From Spirochaetota bacterium (GTDB lineage Bacteria > Spirochaetota > UBA4802 > UBA5550), in the NCBI GenBank assembly GCA_963663865.1, contig OY760686.1, positions 416,001-480,000 on the forward strand: a stretch of 64,000 bases of DNA, given 5' to 3'. A model generated the notes under the pieces. The model saw only the letters and a list, made by a program, of their open reading frames with translations, was not told the DNA's origin and ran no database searches. The position numbers and the translations under genes were made by a program. This document shows positions 30,910 through 41,001 of the stretch, piece by piece. Within the stretch, counting starts at the first letter, position 1. Every line of letters begins with the position of its first letter.

Positions 30910-30940
30910 GTCCGGACGTAAAACTGTGAAGAAAACAATC

Positions 30941-30965
30941 ACCCCTGTGAAAAACAGGGGTTTTA
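30941..30965 (+). terminator. Rho-independent terminator
   Basis: ACCCCTGT-GAAAA-ACAGGGGT then TTT. Confidence 0.6.
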
Positions 30966-31001
30966 TATTAAAACAATATCATAAGCAATTAAGAGGTGTT
31001 T

Positions 31002-32186
31002 ATGCCAGTTTCGGAATACATCACAGAAGCGGTTAAAAAATCATCCTGGATAAGAAAGATGTTCGAAGAAGGAACTCGCCTGAAGGCAATTCATGGAGAG
31101 GACAATGTTTTTGACTTCAGCATTGGTAATCCGGATGCTGATCCTCCAGAAGATTTTTTCAGAGAGTTTGAAAGCGCGTCGCGTTCAAGAGAAAAGGGTG
31201 TTCACGGCTACATGCCCAATGCAGGTTTCAACGAGGTGAGGTCGCAGATTGCTTCAATGGTAACCCGTGATCACGGGATAGACATTGCCTCAGATTCCAT
31301 CATCATGACCTGCGGCGCTGCAGGGGGGCTGAATGTTCTTTTCAAGACTATACTAAATCCGGGAGATGAAATAATCGTTCCGGCTCCTTACTTTGTTGAG
31401 TACGGTTTTTACACGGCCAATCACGGAGGGGTCCTGAAGCCGGTAAAAACTGATCCGGATTTCAGCCTGAATGTTGGAAATATTATCAACGCTGTTACGG
31501 ATAAAACCGCGGCGGTTCTTATAAACTCTCCCAACAACCCTACAGGAAGAATCTATTCAGAAGAGGCTGTAACCGAACTCTCCTCAGCTCTGAGAGCAAA
31601 AAGCGCGGGCAAGAGGAGCATATATCTTATATCAGATGAGCCGTATCGTGACATAGTATTTACCGACACGAAGGTTCCGAGTATTCTTAAACATTACGAG
31701 CATTCAATAGTCGCGACATCCTATTCTAAGACATTGTCTCTTCCAGGGGAGAGAATAGGCTATCTTGCGGTGAATCCCGCCTGCGATGACTTTAGCAGGC
31801 TAATGTCCGGGCTTGTTTTTTCAAACCGCATTCTTGGATTTGTAAACGCTCCGGCCCTCATGCAGCGTATCGTGGGCAAGCTGTCAAGCGCGAGGGTCGA
31901 TATCAACCTTTACAGAAAAAGACGCGATATGCTTGTAGACGTTCTTAAAAGGGCGGGATACAGCTTTCCTGATCCTGAGGGAGCTTTTTATATATTCTGC
32001 AGCTGTCCTTCGGATGACGATGTAGACTTTGTCAGCCATCTGCAGAAATACAACATACTGGCCGTTCCGGGATCAGGCTTTGGTTGTCCGGGAAATTTCA
32101 GGCTGACCTTTTGTGTTTCGGAGAAGACAATAGCAGGATCCTTCAGCGCTTTCAAAGAGGCTCTTGAGACCTATAAAGCCCGCTGA
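31002..32186 (+). CDS. PLP-dependent aminotransferase class I/II (aspartate aminotransferase-like)
   Basis: FDFSIGNP, NSPNNPTG, ISDEPY, SYSKTLSLPGERIGY; RBS GAGGTG before ATG 31002. Confidence 0.92.
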   Translation: MPVSEYITEAVKKSSWIRKMFEEGTRLKAIHGEDNVFDFSIGNPDADPPEDFFREFESASRSREKGVHGYMPNAGFNEVRSQIASMVTRDHGIDIASDSIIMTCGAAGGLNVLFKTILNPGDEIIVPAPYFVEYGFYTANHGGVLKPVKTDPDFSLNVGNIINAVTDKTAAVLINSPNNPTGRIYSEEAVTELSSALRAKSAGKRSIYLISDEPYRDIVFTDTKVPSILKHYEHSIVATSYSKTLSLPGERIGYLAVNPACDDFSRLMSGLVFSNRILGFVNAPALMQRIVGKLSSARVDINLYRKRRDMLVDVLKRAGYSFPDPEGAFYIFCSCPSDDDVDFVSHLQKYNILAVPGSGFGCPGNFRLTFCVSEKTIAGSFSAFKEALETYKAR

Positions 32187-32209
32187 CCGGGCGAACTGGA
32201 GAAAACAAT

Positions 32210-32854
32210 ATGCCTGACAGACAGGGAAAGGTAAAAAAAATGGAGACTACTCTCCAAATCCCGGAGGGCATGGTTATTCGCGTCTACAGAAAGGGGTTCG
32301 GCTATTCGATTATCACTGTGCTGGGAAATAATCAGCACTTCCTTGCAGCTCTCTGCGATGAAGATTTTTTCACATCAACCGGAGACGGCGAGACCGTTGA
32401 CGCCTATCTGTGGCAGGAGGGTGTAGCCTCTTACGAATTTCCGCTTGTGATCATCGGGCGTACTACCAGAGGGACGCGTATTTTGCTGTTCTCTCATACT
32501 GAAAGGATCAACTCGAGCGTAAACCGGAAGTGTCTGATGGCAAAGGTTGATATCCCCGCTGTTTTCTTTAGTTCGCCGCTTAATCCTGATGGTCAGATAT
32601 TCTCTTCTGAAAAACTAACTCACCGCTCCGGTGTCGTAGTTATGATGAGCGATCGGGAAATTATTCTCCAGTATGACGCTGAGATGCCCCGGGGGGAGCT
32701 GTTTTACGGAAAAATTAACATTGATGAAGAAATAGAGCTGATCGGTGTTGTTGAAGGAAAGGTAGAGGCTGGATACACTATACTCCTTAGCGGGATTCCT
32801 GAGAGGACTCGTCAGCTTCTTCTCGATTACGTCTTCCGGTTTTACAGAGAGTAG
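32210..32854 (+). CDS. Hypothetical protein, possible degenerate YcgR/PilZ-type two-domain protein
   Basis: N-terminal beta-rich domain; NRKCLMAKV in the RxxxR position, MMSDREI in the DxSxxG position, C-terminal helix ERTRQLLLDYVF. Confidence 0.5.
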   Translation: MPDRQGKVKKMETTLQIPEGMVIRVYRKGFGYSIITVLGNNQHFLAALCDEDFFTSTGDGETVDAYLWQEGVASYEFPLVIIGRTTRGTRILLFSHTERINSSVNRKCLMAKVDIPAVFFSSPLNPDGQIFSSEKLTHRSGVVVMMSDREIILQYDAEMPRGELFYGKINIDEEIELIGVVEGKVEAGYTILLSGIPERTRQLLLDYVFRFYRE

Positions 32855-33038
32855 ATTCTTGAGTCTGCAAAGAAAAAGGCCGGCCAATCAGCTATCAACA
32901 TAATTGCCGGTATCGTTTAGCTTGTTATTGTTTGACTCTGGACTTTATAGCTTCCTCCGCATTTTTTGAATAATGATAGAGAAACAATAAAGCATATCCG
33001 ATAATTTAAATGAGAACCATTATCTTGGGGGACAGCTA

Positions 33039-33674
33039 ATGAACAGGATTTATATTTCAGCTGTATTGGTCCTATCAGCAGTAACTCTTCTCTATTCTCA
33101 GGAGAAGCAGGAACAGCAGGGAAAGGACCCTGTGCCGGTTCAGGCTCAGTACAGCGATGAGATACGCGTAAAAGGAGTCAATTTTAACAAGAAAATAGAC
33201 CTCACCGGGAAAGGCGAGGTTCTTGAGACAGAGTTTATCATTGAGAACATGACAGATGATCCCATCGAGCTCTATGTCTTCACCCTTGCTTCTTATGAAA
33301 AGTTCATCAGAAACGAAACCAGCTTTGACAGGCCTATGCCGCCTGAAGAGAGAATGAAAAACTTTTCCGCGTTTCCAGGGAGCAAAGACAACTTCAAATA
33401 TATTGTACGTGAAAACGACGGTAAGCCGAAGAAGGACGGCGACGGCCATGAAGTCTATGAGTATCTAAAGCATCCTATTGATTTCAAAAAGGGAGTTAAC
33501 CCTGATACGGGCTCCGTTTACAGGCTGACCGACCGGCTTGTGCTCAGACATGAGCATCTCAGCCCCTACCGCAACAATTACTTTTACTTTAACGAGGCAG
33601 CGGTACTGATTTTTGATTCAAAAGGCCGGCTTCTATTCCGCCAGCTTTACGACCTTCGGAGCTGGAGGCGGTAG
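33039..33674 (+). CDS. Exported hypothetical protein
   Basis: Signal peptide, RBS GGGGGA, 211-aa ORF; no family recognised. Confidence 0.7.
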   Translation: MNRIYISAVLVLSAVTLLYSQEKQEQQGKDPVPVQAQYSDEIRVKGVNFNKKIDLTGKGEVLETEFIIENMTDDPIELYVFTLASYEKFIRNETSFDRPMPPEERMKNFSAFPGSKDNFKYIVRENDGKPKKDGDGHEVYEYLKHPIDFKKGVNPDTGSVYRLTDRLVLRHEHLSPYRNNYFYFNEAAVLIFDSKGRLLFRQLYDLRSWRR

Positions 33675-33686
33675 TGTCTATGCAGA

Positions 33687-33721
33687 CAGCGTATATCCAG
33701 TTCTGACGGAGATATACGCTG
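33687..33721 (+). terminator. Stem-loop downstream of the 33039 gene
   Basis: CAGCGTATATC...GATATACGCTG 11-bp stem; no U-tract. Confidence 0.4.
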
Positions 33722-33826
33722 ACCCATATCTCATAAAAAACCTTTAATCTGATTTTTGTATCCGCCCCTCTATTTACTGATTGTCATAATTAGTCCGTTT
33801 CAGTACTTTGTAATAGAGGTGCCTGT

Positions 33827-34936
33827 ATGCCGGACAAAATCAAGAAAGCTATCCTTCTAATAGTAATGTTTTGTTTTTCCAATCAGTCGATGGCGGAGGT
33901 ATCCAGGCCTTCACAAGACTCATACCCGTATCCGGATAAAAATTACTATCTTTCCGAATCAGTAAATATCAGGAATGTTAACGGTAAATTTTACGCGTAC
34001 ATAGTTCTACTTTTCAGCGAAAATCCTCACTTTGTAAATATTATCGAGAAAGACAGCATTCCTCTCAAGCTGATCGGCAATGAAGGCTTTCATGTCAATG
34101 CCTACAAAAAGTACACAAGAACCGTCAGTTCTACGCATATCCGAAGCCTTGCCGCCGGGCTGCTGGCAGTGTACCTTGAACCTACAAAGGTAACGGAAGA
34201 AGAGCTGAGGGATTACGAAAACAAACTGGAGTCGTACAATATAATCCTGAGGTTTTCGAGAGACAGAAATGTCAGAATGAATAAAATCGTCCTTGATTAC
34301 TGTATTTACGGAAAAAGATCAGAAATTACAATAAAACATCCTCTGATGCAACAGAAGGAGCGGATTTACAACATCCAGCCCTATATCTACTATGACGAGA
34401 TTTCAACCAGCAACTCAACTTTCTATTATGACATGATCTATATTAACATGGAAGAGGTCATGAATGACACAGTCATAGCAAGAAAGGTTATGAACAATGA
34501 GAATGTCGGGCAAATGTTCTTTGTCGGATCAAGGGTCACTGAAGATATAAAATACAGTCTCAAGCGGTATTTCTCCACATCCGGCAGCGACATAAGAAAA
34601 CACATTTGGGAGATGTTCGTGGTTCATGAACTTACGCATAAGCTTGTGAACAATCAGTATAACTATTTCGATCAAGTGAACGGAGAGGAGCTGTCGCTTA
34701 TGAGTACAATCTACGACAAGCCCTATCTTGGCCTCTCTGTTCTGTATGCTTATCTCAATTACAATTCAATAAATCCTCACAGGATCGCCGTTCTCAGATT
34801 TTTAAAGTTCACTTCAGAAAAAACCGGCAGGAAAGATATCTACGACAATCCCGGTTTGCTTAAGCACATGACGGAAACAGAGCTGAGACAGCTGGCCCTG
34901 GATTACTTCAATCTTATTATCTCAAAGCTAAAATAA
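33827..34936 (+). CDS. Exported hypothetical protein with HExxH zinc-metallopeptidase motif
   Basis: Signal peptide; RBS GAGGTG; FVVHELTHK followed by GEELSL. Confidence 0.65.
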   Translation: MPDKIKKAILLIVMFCFSNQSMAEVSRPSQDSYPYPDKNYYLSESVNIRNVNGKFYAYIVLLFSENPHFVNIIEKDSIPLKLIGNEGFHVNAYKKYTRTVSSTHIRSLAAGLLAVYLEPTKVTEEELRDYENKLESYNIILRFSRDRNVRMNKIVLDYCIYGKRSEITIKHPLMQQKERIYNIQPYIYYDEISTSNSTFYYDMIYINMEEVMNDTVIARKVMNNENVGQMFFVGSRVTEDIKYSLKRYFSTSGSDIRKHIWEMFVVHELTHKLVNNQYNYFDQVNGEELSLMSTIYDKPYLGLSVLYAYLNYNSINPHRIAVLRFLKFTSEKTGRKDIYDNPGLLKHMTETELRQLALDYFNLIISKLK

Positions 34937-34942
34937 AAGCCG

Positions 34943-36013
34943 TTAGTATCTCATGCTTACAGGTTCTTTGTGAACCATGTCATGGTAACCTGCTTCGGCT
35001 GATGCGGTGAACGCGTTTTGCGGGATCAATAAACCCATGTCCAAAGGCCGGCTTGTGAAAAGGGACTCTTCGATTGCCGTCCAGGCCTCGGCGGTCATCT
35101 CAGCCGCTGTTTTGACCAGATCGTCAATTGACTCATATCGGTTGCCCGTCTCTGTCGGTGACTGCCATCTGCCCCTGTGTATATTCAGAAGGTCCGCGTT
35201 GAGACGTCTCGGGTGCGGCCGTTGAAGAAAGATACCTGAACTGAAAAAACCTTTTCTGTAGAGGATTTCAATTATTGAAATGATGGGGCCCGGCATACCC
35301 TGCCTTATTTTTTCCACTTTTTCTAAAAAGAACGGAGCGTAGTCAACGGCATTGAGCCATGGCAATTCCCCATCTTTTTTTTGGGGGGGGATAAAGCTCA
35401 TCGCTGCAAGGTTTTCCGGGAACGATTTTTTCAGTGCTTCTTTGATCAGAGCGCTGACGGGAGCTGCGAGTCTGATTTTTTTATCCTCAACAGGGTAATT
35501 GTCTTTCCTGAGCGAGTCTTTCTTTTCGTGTCTGTAAAGGTAATAGCTGTCGATATTATACTGAAATAGAATGTTCTGTTCGCGGTATCTTTTTATTTCA
35601 GGGGCGATGAAGCTGTCCGGAAAACCGCTGAAGAAGAATACGAAGGGATAGATCACAGAATCCGCGATAATGTGGGAAAGGAAGCCGTACAGGTAAGCCC
35701 GCTGCATTGATTTCCATTCGGTGTTCATGTCTCCGTCAGATAAGGCGATTGAAGAGAGATTTGCCGTAAACCCGCCGGGATCACCGTTGTGGATAGAGAA
35801 GGAGATGTCTCTTCCGTGACAGTTAAACTTTGACGGAGATGGCAGTGATTCAAATATATCAGGGCCGGCGGAACCGAAGAGGCCGGCGGTCATGTTGGCC
35901 GGAGTGGAAAAAAGAGCGGCTACTGGGCCAGAGGCAAAGGTTTTCTTTTTACCGGCAGTGAGCAAGTCGAGCGCATCAAGAAAAACTCTATTGTGCGTAA
36001 ATATTCCTGGCAT
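34943..36013 (-). CDS. Zinc-dependent phospholipase C family protein
   Basis: MPGIFTH, GSAGPDIF, H, AYLYGFLSHIIADSVIYPFV. Confidence 0.75.
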   Translation of the reverse strand: MPGIFTHNRVFLDALDLLTAGKKKTFASGPVAALFSTPANMTAGLFGSAGPDIFESLPSPSKFNCHGRDISFSIHNGDPGGFTANLSSIALSDGDMNTEWKSMQRAYLYGFLSHIIADSVIYPFVFFFSGFPDSFIAPEIKRYREQNILFQYNIDSYYLYRHEKKDSLRKDNYPVEDKKIRLAAPVSALIKEALKKSFPENLAAMSFIPPQKKDGELPWLNAVDYAPFFLEKVEKIRQGMPGPIISIIEILYRKGFFSSGIFLQRPHPRRLNADLLNIHRGRWQSPTETGNRYESIDDLVKTAAEMTAEAWTAIEESLFTSRPLDMGLLIPQNAFTASAEAGYHDMVHKEPVSMRY

Positions 36014-36089
36014 CTTAGACCCCGTTTATTGCTGTTATATAAATAACCGGCCTTGAATGGAGCTGTCAAGCACAAAGGAGACGGCGAAA

Positions 36090-36947
36090 CTATTTCAGTG
36101 TAAGCGAGTACTTGTCGAGCATCATTTCCGGATGATATGACTTCTTTGCCTGGCGAAGCTGGGGGCTTCCCATGTCCTGCTCAAAGTTAAAATATTTGTA
36201 TGAATGCTTCAGGCCAGAGGAGGCGTGGCTGTACATGTACTGGTAAATCCCCTTGTAGTCCCTCAGCCCCTTAACAAAGTGAAGCGCGAAGAAATCAGAG
36301 GAAAGCTCCTCGCCCATCACAAAGCCGGCGGGTTCGCCGTCAATTATAAAGATACAGCCGCAGATTTGAAGCTGCTCCCGCAGTTGGAGCGCCTCAAGCG
36401 CGGGATAGTAGTCTGTTTCCTCTGGTTCCTGCTTCGATTCATCCTGCCACATCTTCAGTATCTCAACCGCAATGTCAGCGCTGTCGGAGGTCAGAGGTAT
36501 TATCTCGGGAACATAGCTTCTCGTGAATTGATTGAAGAGGTTGCGTTTTTTATGCATCTTCTTTCCCGGATAGTTTTCAAGCTTTTCGGTGCTGTGAATA
36601 TAGTCGGATTCGTCGATATCATAAGTCAGTAACCACTGATCTGACATAAACGGCGTTGTCCATTCCTCCGGAATCGGGTATATCATTTGATGATTTTTTA
36701 TTACCTGTGTAATCTCTTCCATCGGAATTGTCCTCAGGTCTTCGGTAGGCATAGCAAAAGGCATCCCCTTGCGCGTGTTTCCGGTTATCCATATTCTGCC
36801 GTTTTGGCATTCCGTAACCATGTAGGAGTGTTCACGTCTGAACAGATACAGGTTGGTAAAGCTGTATTCGGATAGTCCAGTGAAACAGCTGGACAGCCTG
36901 TTTCTCAAAAGGTCTGTGTGATCAAGGGAAATGGGTTCATTTGTCAT
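36090..36947 (-). CDS. DUF2156 / phosphatidylglycerol lysyltransferase C-terminal (GNAT-like) domain protein
   Basis: SEYSFTNLYLF, DYI...L...PGKKMHKKRN..NQF, HFVKG...KGIYQY, NFEQDMG...LRQAKKSYHP. Confidence 0.88.
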   Translation of the reverse strand: MTNEPISLDHTDLLRNRLSSCFTGLSEYSFTNLYLFRREHSYMVTECQNGRIWITGNTRKGMPFAMPTEDLRTIPMEEITQVIKNHQMIYPIPEEWTTPFMSDQWLLTYDIDESDYIHSTEKLENYPGKKMHKKRNLFNQFTRSYVPEIIPLTSDSADIAVEILKMWQDESKQEPEETDYYPALEALQLREQLQICGCIFIIDGEPAGFVMGEELSSDFFALHFVKGLRDYKGIYQYMYSHASSGLKHSYKYFNFEQDMGSPQLRQAKKSYHPEMMLDKYSLTLK

Positions 36948-36960
36948 ATTGTTGTTCTGG

Positions 36961-37500
36961 TTAAAGCCCTTTTGTGATTTTTTCGGAGAGTCCGGCGGCA
37001 ATGTCGATATAAGCCTTTTTTACCATTAGCCTGGATGGGCTTACATGAATGGGTTTTGCTTTCTTGCCGTTTATGACAGTTGTTACGTTAATGCCTCTTA
37101 GACCTGAGCGTCGGCAGTAACCTGTTGTGCAGTGTCTGCAGTATGAAAATAATACTGAAAGCTGAATATTTACATCCTTCTTTTCGCCGGCCCATTTGCC
37201 GAGCAGACCGGCAGTCTCATCGATAAGATTTTTCAGGTATTCCGGCATGTTTTCGTCAGATTCGGCTGACGAATATTCGAGCTTAATTACAATATTATCG
37301 GAAACAACGCTTCTGGTATAGCTATCAACGGGTAGACCATACGGGGTTTTACCGTCCATGTCCTGCCTTACGCGAGTTCCGCTTGATGTTGTGACAGTGA
37401 TAGATCCATCGCTGTTGTACTCTATGGGACCCGGCAGTATGGGGGAAGCGAATAAGAGAGAAAAGAATACCAGCGAGATTGTTACAGAAAGTAATTTCAT
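36961..37500 (-). CDS. Exported hypothetical protein with CxxCxxGxC motif
   Basis: Signal peptide; YCRHCTTGYCRR; co-oriented directly behind purD. Confidence 0.6.
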   Translation of the reverse strand: MKLLSVTISLVFFSLLFASPILPGPIEYNSDGSITVTTSSGTRVRQDMDGKTPYGLPVDSYTRSVVSDNIVIKLEYSSAESDENMPEYLKNLIDETAGLLGKWAGEKKDVNIQLSVLFSYCRHCTTGYCRRSGLRGINVTTVINGKKAKPIHVSPSRLMVKKAYIDIAAGLSEKITKGL

Positions 37501-37507
37501 TGCCACC

Positions 37508-38758
37508 TCATCTGTTCATCGCGCGGTGCGCGATATCTTTACGGTAAAATGAATCTCTGAAGCTTATGCGCGAAACAGCGCTGTAAACTTTTCTTCGGGC
37601 TTCTTCAAGCGTGGTTCCGGTCGCTGTAACGTTGAGAACGCGTCCTCCGGCGGTCAATGTCCTGCCGTCCTTTTCAGAGGTGCCCGCGTGGAATACAGTC
37701 GCTCCCTCCGCTTCGGCCTCAGCGATGCCCGATATCTCAATGCCCTTCTCATAGGAACCGGGATATCCGCCGGATGCCATTACCACGGTAAGTGCATGCA
37801 GTCCATTTGACTCAATCTCTATCTCATCCATTTTCCCTTCAATTGAAGCTATAATGATGTCTCCAAGCTTCCCTTTCAGCAGAGGCAGTATAACCTGGGT
37901 TTCCGGATCACCAAAGCGTGCGTTGAATTCAAGAACGCGTATATCTTCACCGGAAATCATGAGCCCGGCATAAAGAACGCCTTTAAAGGGGATGCCTTCG
38001 GAATTCATGGCATCAACAGTTTTTTGAAGGATGCCGCGGCTTGCTTTTTCCATGATCTGCTGAGTCACAACGGGTGCTGGTGCGTAAGCACCCATTCCCC
38101 CGGTATTGGGGCCGGTGTCGCCGTCAAAAGCTCTCTTGTGGTCCTGGGCCGCGATGAAGCATTTCACTGTTTTGCCGTCAGATATTCCCAGAATGGAGGC
38201 TTCCTCTCCGTCCAGGTAATCTTCGACAAAAACCTTTGTGTCCGATGACACGTTTGACTCAATGAACTCAAGAGCCTCGTCGTAGTTTTCGGGTATGCCT
38301 ACCCCTTTGCCGGCAGCGAGGCCGTCAAGTTTGATAACTATGGGCCATGACGGACAGATTTTTATATATTCAAGCAGCTCTTCCTTTCCGTTAAAGCTGT
38401 GATGGTATGCTGTCGGTATGCCGTAACGGTCCATTATTTCCTTCGCGAAAAGCTTGCTTCCCTCAAGCATGGCGGCCTTCTTTGACGGGCCGAAGGCTTT
38501 TATTCCCTGTTCCTGGAGGTAATCGACAATTCCGCCGGCGAGGGGTGCCTCGGGGCCCACGATAGCCGCGTCAATTTTTTTATCTTTACAAAACGCCGCG
38601 ATTGAGGGATAATCATCCTGTGCGATATCAATTCGGTATTCGGCGGGGATGCCTCCGTTCCCAGGAGCGCAATAGACGTTTTTAGCGCTGCCGTCGTTTC
38701 GCAGTCTCCAGAAAATTGCGTGTTCCCGGCCCCCCGAGCCTATGACAAGAAAGTTCAT
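37508..38758 (-). CDS. purD: Phosphoribosylamine--glycine ligase
   Basis: GSGGREHA, GPEAPL, LEGSK, DGLAAGKGV, QDHKR, GPNTGGMGAY, EFNARFGDPE. Confidence 0.98.
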   Translation of the reverse strand: MNFLVIGSGGREHAIFWRLRNDGSAKNVYCAPGNGGIPAEYRIDIAQDDYPSIAAFCKDKKIDAAIVGPEAPLAGGIVDYLQEQGIKAFGPSKKAAMLEGSKLFAKEIMDRYGIPTAYHHSFNGKEELLEYIKICPSWPIVIKLDGLAAGKGVGIPENYDEALEFIESNVSSDTKVFVEDYLDGEEASILGISDGKTVKCFIAAQDHKRAFDGDTGPNTGGMGAYAPAPVVTQQIMEKASRGILQKTVDAMNSEGIPFKGVLYAGLMISGEDIRVLEFNARFGDPETQVILPLLKGKLGDIIIASIEGKMDEIEIESNGLHALTVVMASGGYPGSYEKGIEISGIAEAEAEGATVFHAGTSEKDGRTLTAGGRVLNVTATGTTLEEARRKVYSAVSRISFRDSFYRKDIAHRAMNR

Positions 38759-38967
38759 GTTTCCTCCGGATGTTTCTCCCGCTGCTGATTGCTGAAAGTA
38801 AGCCTTTGAGCGGATGATGTCTGTCTATAGTTTTACTTGATGTGTAAAAGTCAACAAAATCAGATGATTATTCCCAAAAGGCGTTACTGTGCATATTGGA
38901 ACGTTTTTGAAGTGTAAAACATTTCAGGATCACTTTGATTCTGAAGAGATGAAATATTTGCCCCAAC

Positions 38968-39342
38968 GTGGAGGATCAGGTGGAAGATGTTTTTGTTTTT
39001 GGCGACAATGGAGACGTCAAAGAGGCAATTCTCTTTCTGACCGCGAAACTGCCTGAAGATTTGTCGAGAAGGCTTATGGAAGAGTGCATTGTAGTTGTTG
39101 TAAGCGGCACATTAAACGGCTTCTACCTGCCTTCCGAGATAGTAAACGGAAGAGGAGTAATCGCGCTCAACTACAGTCTCTATTCAAAAAGCTATGACAG
39201 GTTCATAAGGACATTTTTCCACGAGGCGGCGCATCATATTCTGGGACATTCAGTTTTATTTGGAAAAAACAGCCCGCTTGAAAAAAGGCAGGAGGCTGAG
39301 GCAGAGGCGCTCGTTTCCAGCTGGTTATTGCGGGCTGATTAG
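38968..39342 (+). CDS. Small ImmA/IrrE-like (HExxH) metallopeptidase-domain protein
   Basis: RTFFHEAAHHILGH...EKRQEAEAEAL; start codon uncertain. Confidence 0.55.
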   Translation: MEDQVEDVFVFGDNGDVKEAILFLTAKLPEDLSRRLMEECIVVVVSGTLNGFYLPSEIVNGRGVIALNYSLYSKSYDRFIRTFFHEAAHHILGHSVLFGKNSPLEKRQEAEAEALVSSWLLRAD

Positions 39343-39372
39343 GCCCTGTTTTTGACTTAATAAATGGGCGTA

Positions 39373-40701
39373 TTACAGAAGATCTGAAGCAAGTCCGGCC
39401 AGATGAGACCTCTCTCCCTTCTCCATGGTGATATGTGCGTAGATGTCCTGACCCTTCATCTTGTCGATAAGGTATGTTAATCCGTTGCTTCGTGAATCAA
39501 GGTACGGTGTATCGATCTGGTAAGGGTCTCCTGTGAAAACAACCTTTGTTCCCTCTCCTGCCCTTGTTATGATAGTCTTAACCTCGTGCGGTGTCAGGTT
39601 CTGGGCCTCATCAACGATGAAGTAAACGCTTGGAAGGCTGCGTCCGCGAATGTAGGCAAGCGCTGTTATGAGAAGCTTTTTCGTATTAATCATCTCCGCA
39701 ATCCGGCTGTACTCTGTGCTGTCATCTCGATACTGGTTCTGTATGACCGACAGATTGTCGTAGAGAGGCTGCATGTACGGCTGAAGCTTTTCATGTACCT
39801 CACCGGGCAGATATCCCAAATCCCTGTTTGAAAGGGGGATAACCGGACGTGCCAGAAGAATTTGACGGTAAGCCTTTCGCCTTTCGAGAGACGCCGCAAG
39901 AGCCATAAGCGTTTTGCCGGTTCCAGCCTTTCCTGAAAGTGTTACCAGGGATATATCCGTGTCCATGAGGGCGTTAAGCGCAAAATTCTGTTCGGCGTTT
40001 CTCGGGGAAATTCCGTAGGCTCTTCGTTTTTCAACGTAGCGAAGAACGCTTTCCTTCGCGCAGTATGTCGCGAGCATGCTCTGGTTATCGTTGCGGAGAA
40101 TAAAGTTTTCGTTCGGGAAGGGAGTAATGTCTTTACCCAAATCCGATATAGGGATAAAGCCAATTCGAAATATCTCGCTGAGAAGATCGTGATCCACGCC
40201 TTCAATAAGGTTTTTGCCTGTGTACAGCTCATCAATGTTTTTTACTTTGCCGGTTTCATAGTCCTCTGAAGTCAGGCCGATACTTTTAGCCTTCATTCGC
40301 AGATTGATGTCCTTTGTCACAAGTACCACAGATTCCCTGCCGTGCTCTCTCGCGCTGTTGTAGGCTACAGCGAGTATTCGGTGGTCAGGGGTGTCTTCCC
40401 AGAAGATTTCCTTGAAATACTGGTCTTTTCTGAAATCTGTTTTAATGCTAAGAATGCCGCCGGTTTCAAGTCTGACTCCATCGATAAGCTGCCGGTCGCC
40501 GACAAGCGAATCAAGTTCGCGTGTAAACTCTCTGGCGTTGAAGTTTATTATCTCATTGCCGCGTTTGAACTTATCAATTTCCTCAAGAAGTGTTATGGGG
40601 ATGATGATGTTGTGCCCCGCAAAGGAGTATATGCACCTGTAGTCATACAGGACTACGTTGGTGTCGAGGACAAAGTATTTTAAATCGTCTGCCTGTTCCA
40701 T
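39373..40701 (-). CDS. PIN-domain + PhoH ATPase fusion (PhoH2/YlaK type)
   Basis: FVLDTNV, EEIDKFK, DHRIL, TKDINLR PIN motifs; GKAGTGKT, GYLPG, IRGRS, DEAQN, GDPYQID. Confidence 0.93.
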   Translation of the reverse strand: MEQADDLKYFVLDTNVVLYDYRCIYSFAGHNIIIPITLLEEIDKFKRGNEIINFNAREFTRELDSLVGDRQLIDGVRLETGGILSIKTDFRKDQYFKEIFWEDTPDHRILAVAYNSAREHGRESVVLVTKDINLRMKAKSIGLTSEDYETGKVKNIDELYTGKNLIEGVDHDLLSEIFRIGFIPISDLGKDITPFPNENFILRNDNQSMLATYCAKESVLRYVEKRRAYGISPRNAEQNFALNALMDTDISLVTLSGKAGTGKTLMALAASLERRKAYRQILLARPVIPLSNRDLGYLPGEVHEKLQPYMQPLYDNLSVIQNQYRDDSTEYSRIAEMINTKKLLITALAYIRGRSLPSVYFIVDEAQNLTPHEVKTIITRAGEGTKVVFTGDPYQIDTPYLDSRSNGLTYLIDKMKGQDIYAHITMEKGERSHLAGLASDLL

Positions 40702-40901
40702 GGCTGTATCCCCGGCCGAAAAGAAGGCCTCGGAGCATAATGATAAAAAAGACAGGGCTTTATCAAGTTATTTTTACCGAAACAGGGATTTCTCCTTATC
40801 TGCGTCAGGAAATAAGCTGAGAAACAAAAAAAATTCTGTATAAGATCTTATTGCTTCATATATATGTATATATCAGCATTGCTGAGTGAAGACTTTTTTA
40901 C

Positions 40902-40930
40902 TTGAAACATCAGTCTGATTTGAGGATACT
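40902..40930 (+). promoter_or_regulatory. Candidate sigma70 promoter for the small ORF at 41002
   Basis: TTGAAA-N17-GATACT. Confidence 0.35.
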
Positions 40931-41001
40931 GAGTATAGTGGTTGTCATTTGTTTAATCTGATTGACACAGATGATGGCCGAAAATTATTTCAGGAGATCA
41001 C

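Noticed and set aside
26946-33004. Sigma28-like -10 boxes TCCGATAA before the GAF-GGDEF gene (26946-26953) and the 33039 gene (32997-33004)
   Set aside because: No TAAA -35 element at the expected spacing
40702-41000. Upstream antitoxin ORF for the PIN-PhoH protein
   Set aside because: No credible co-oriented ORF found upstream; the small ORF present is divergent
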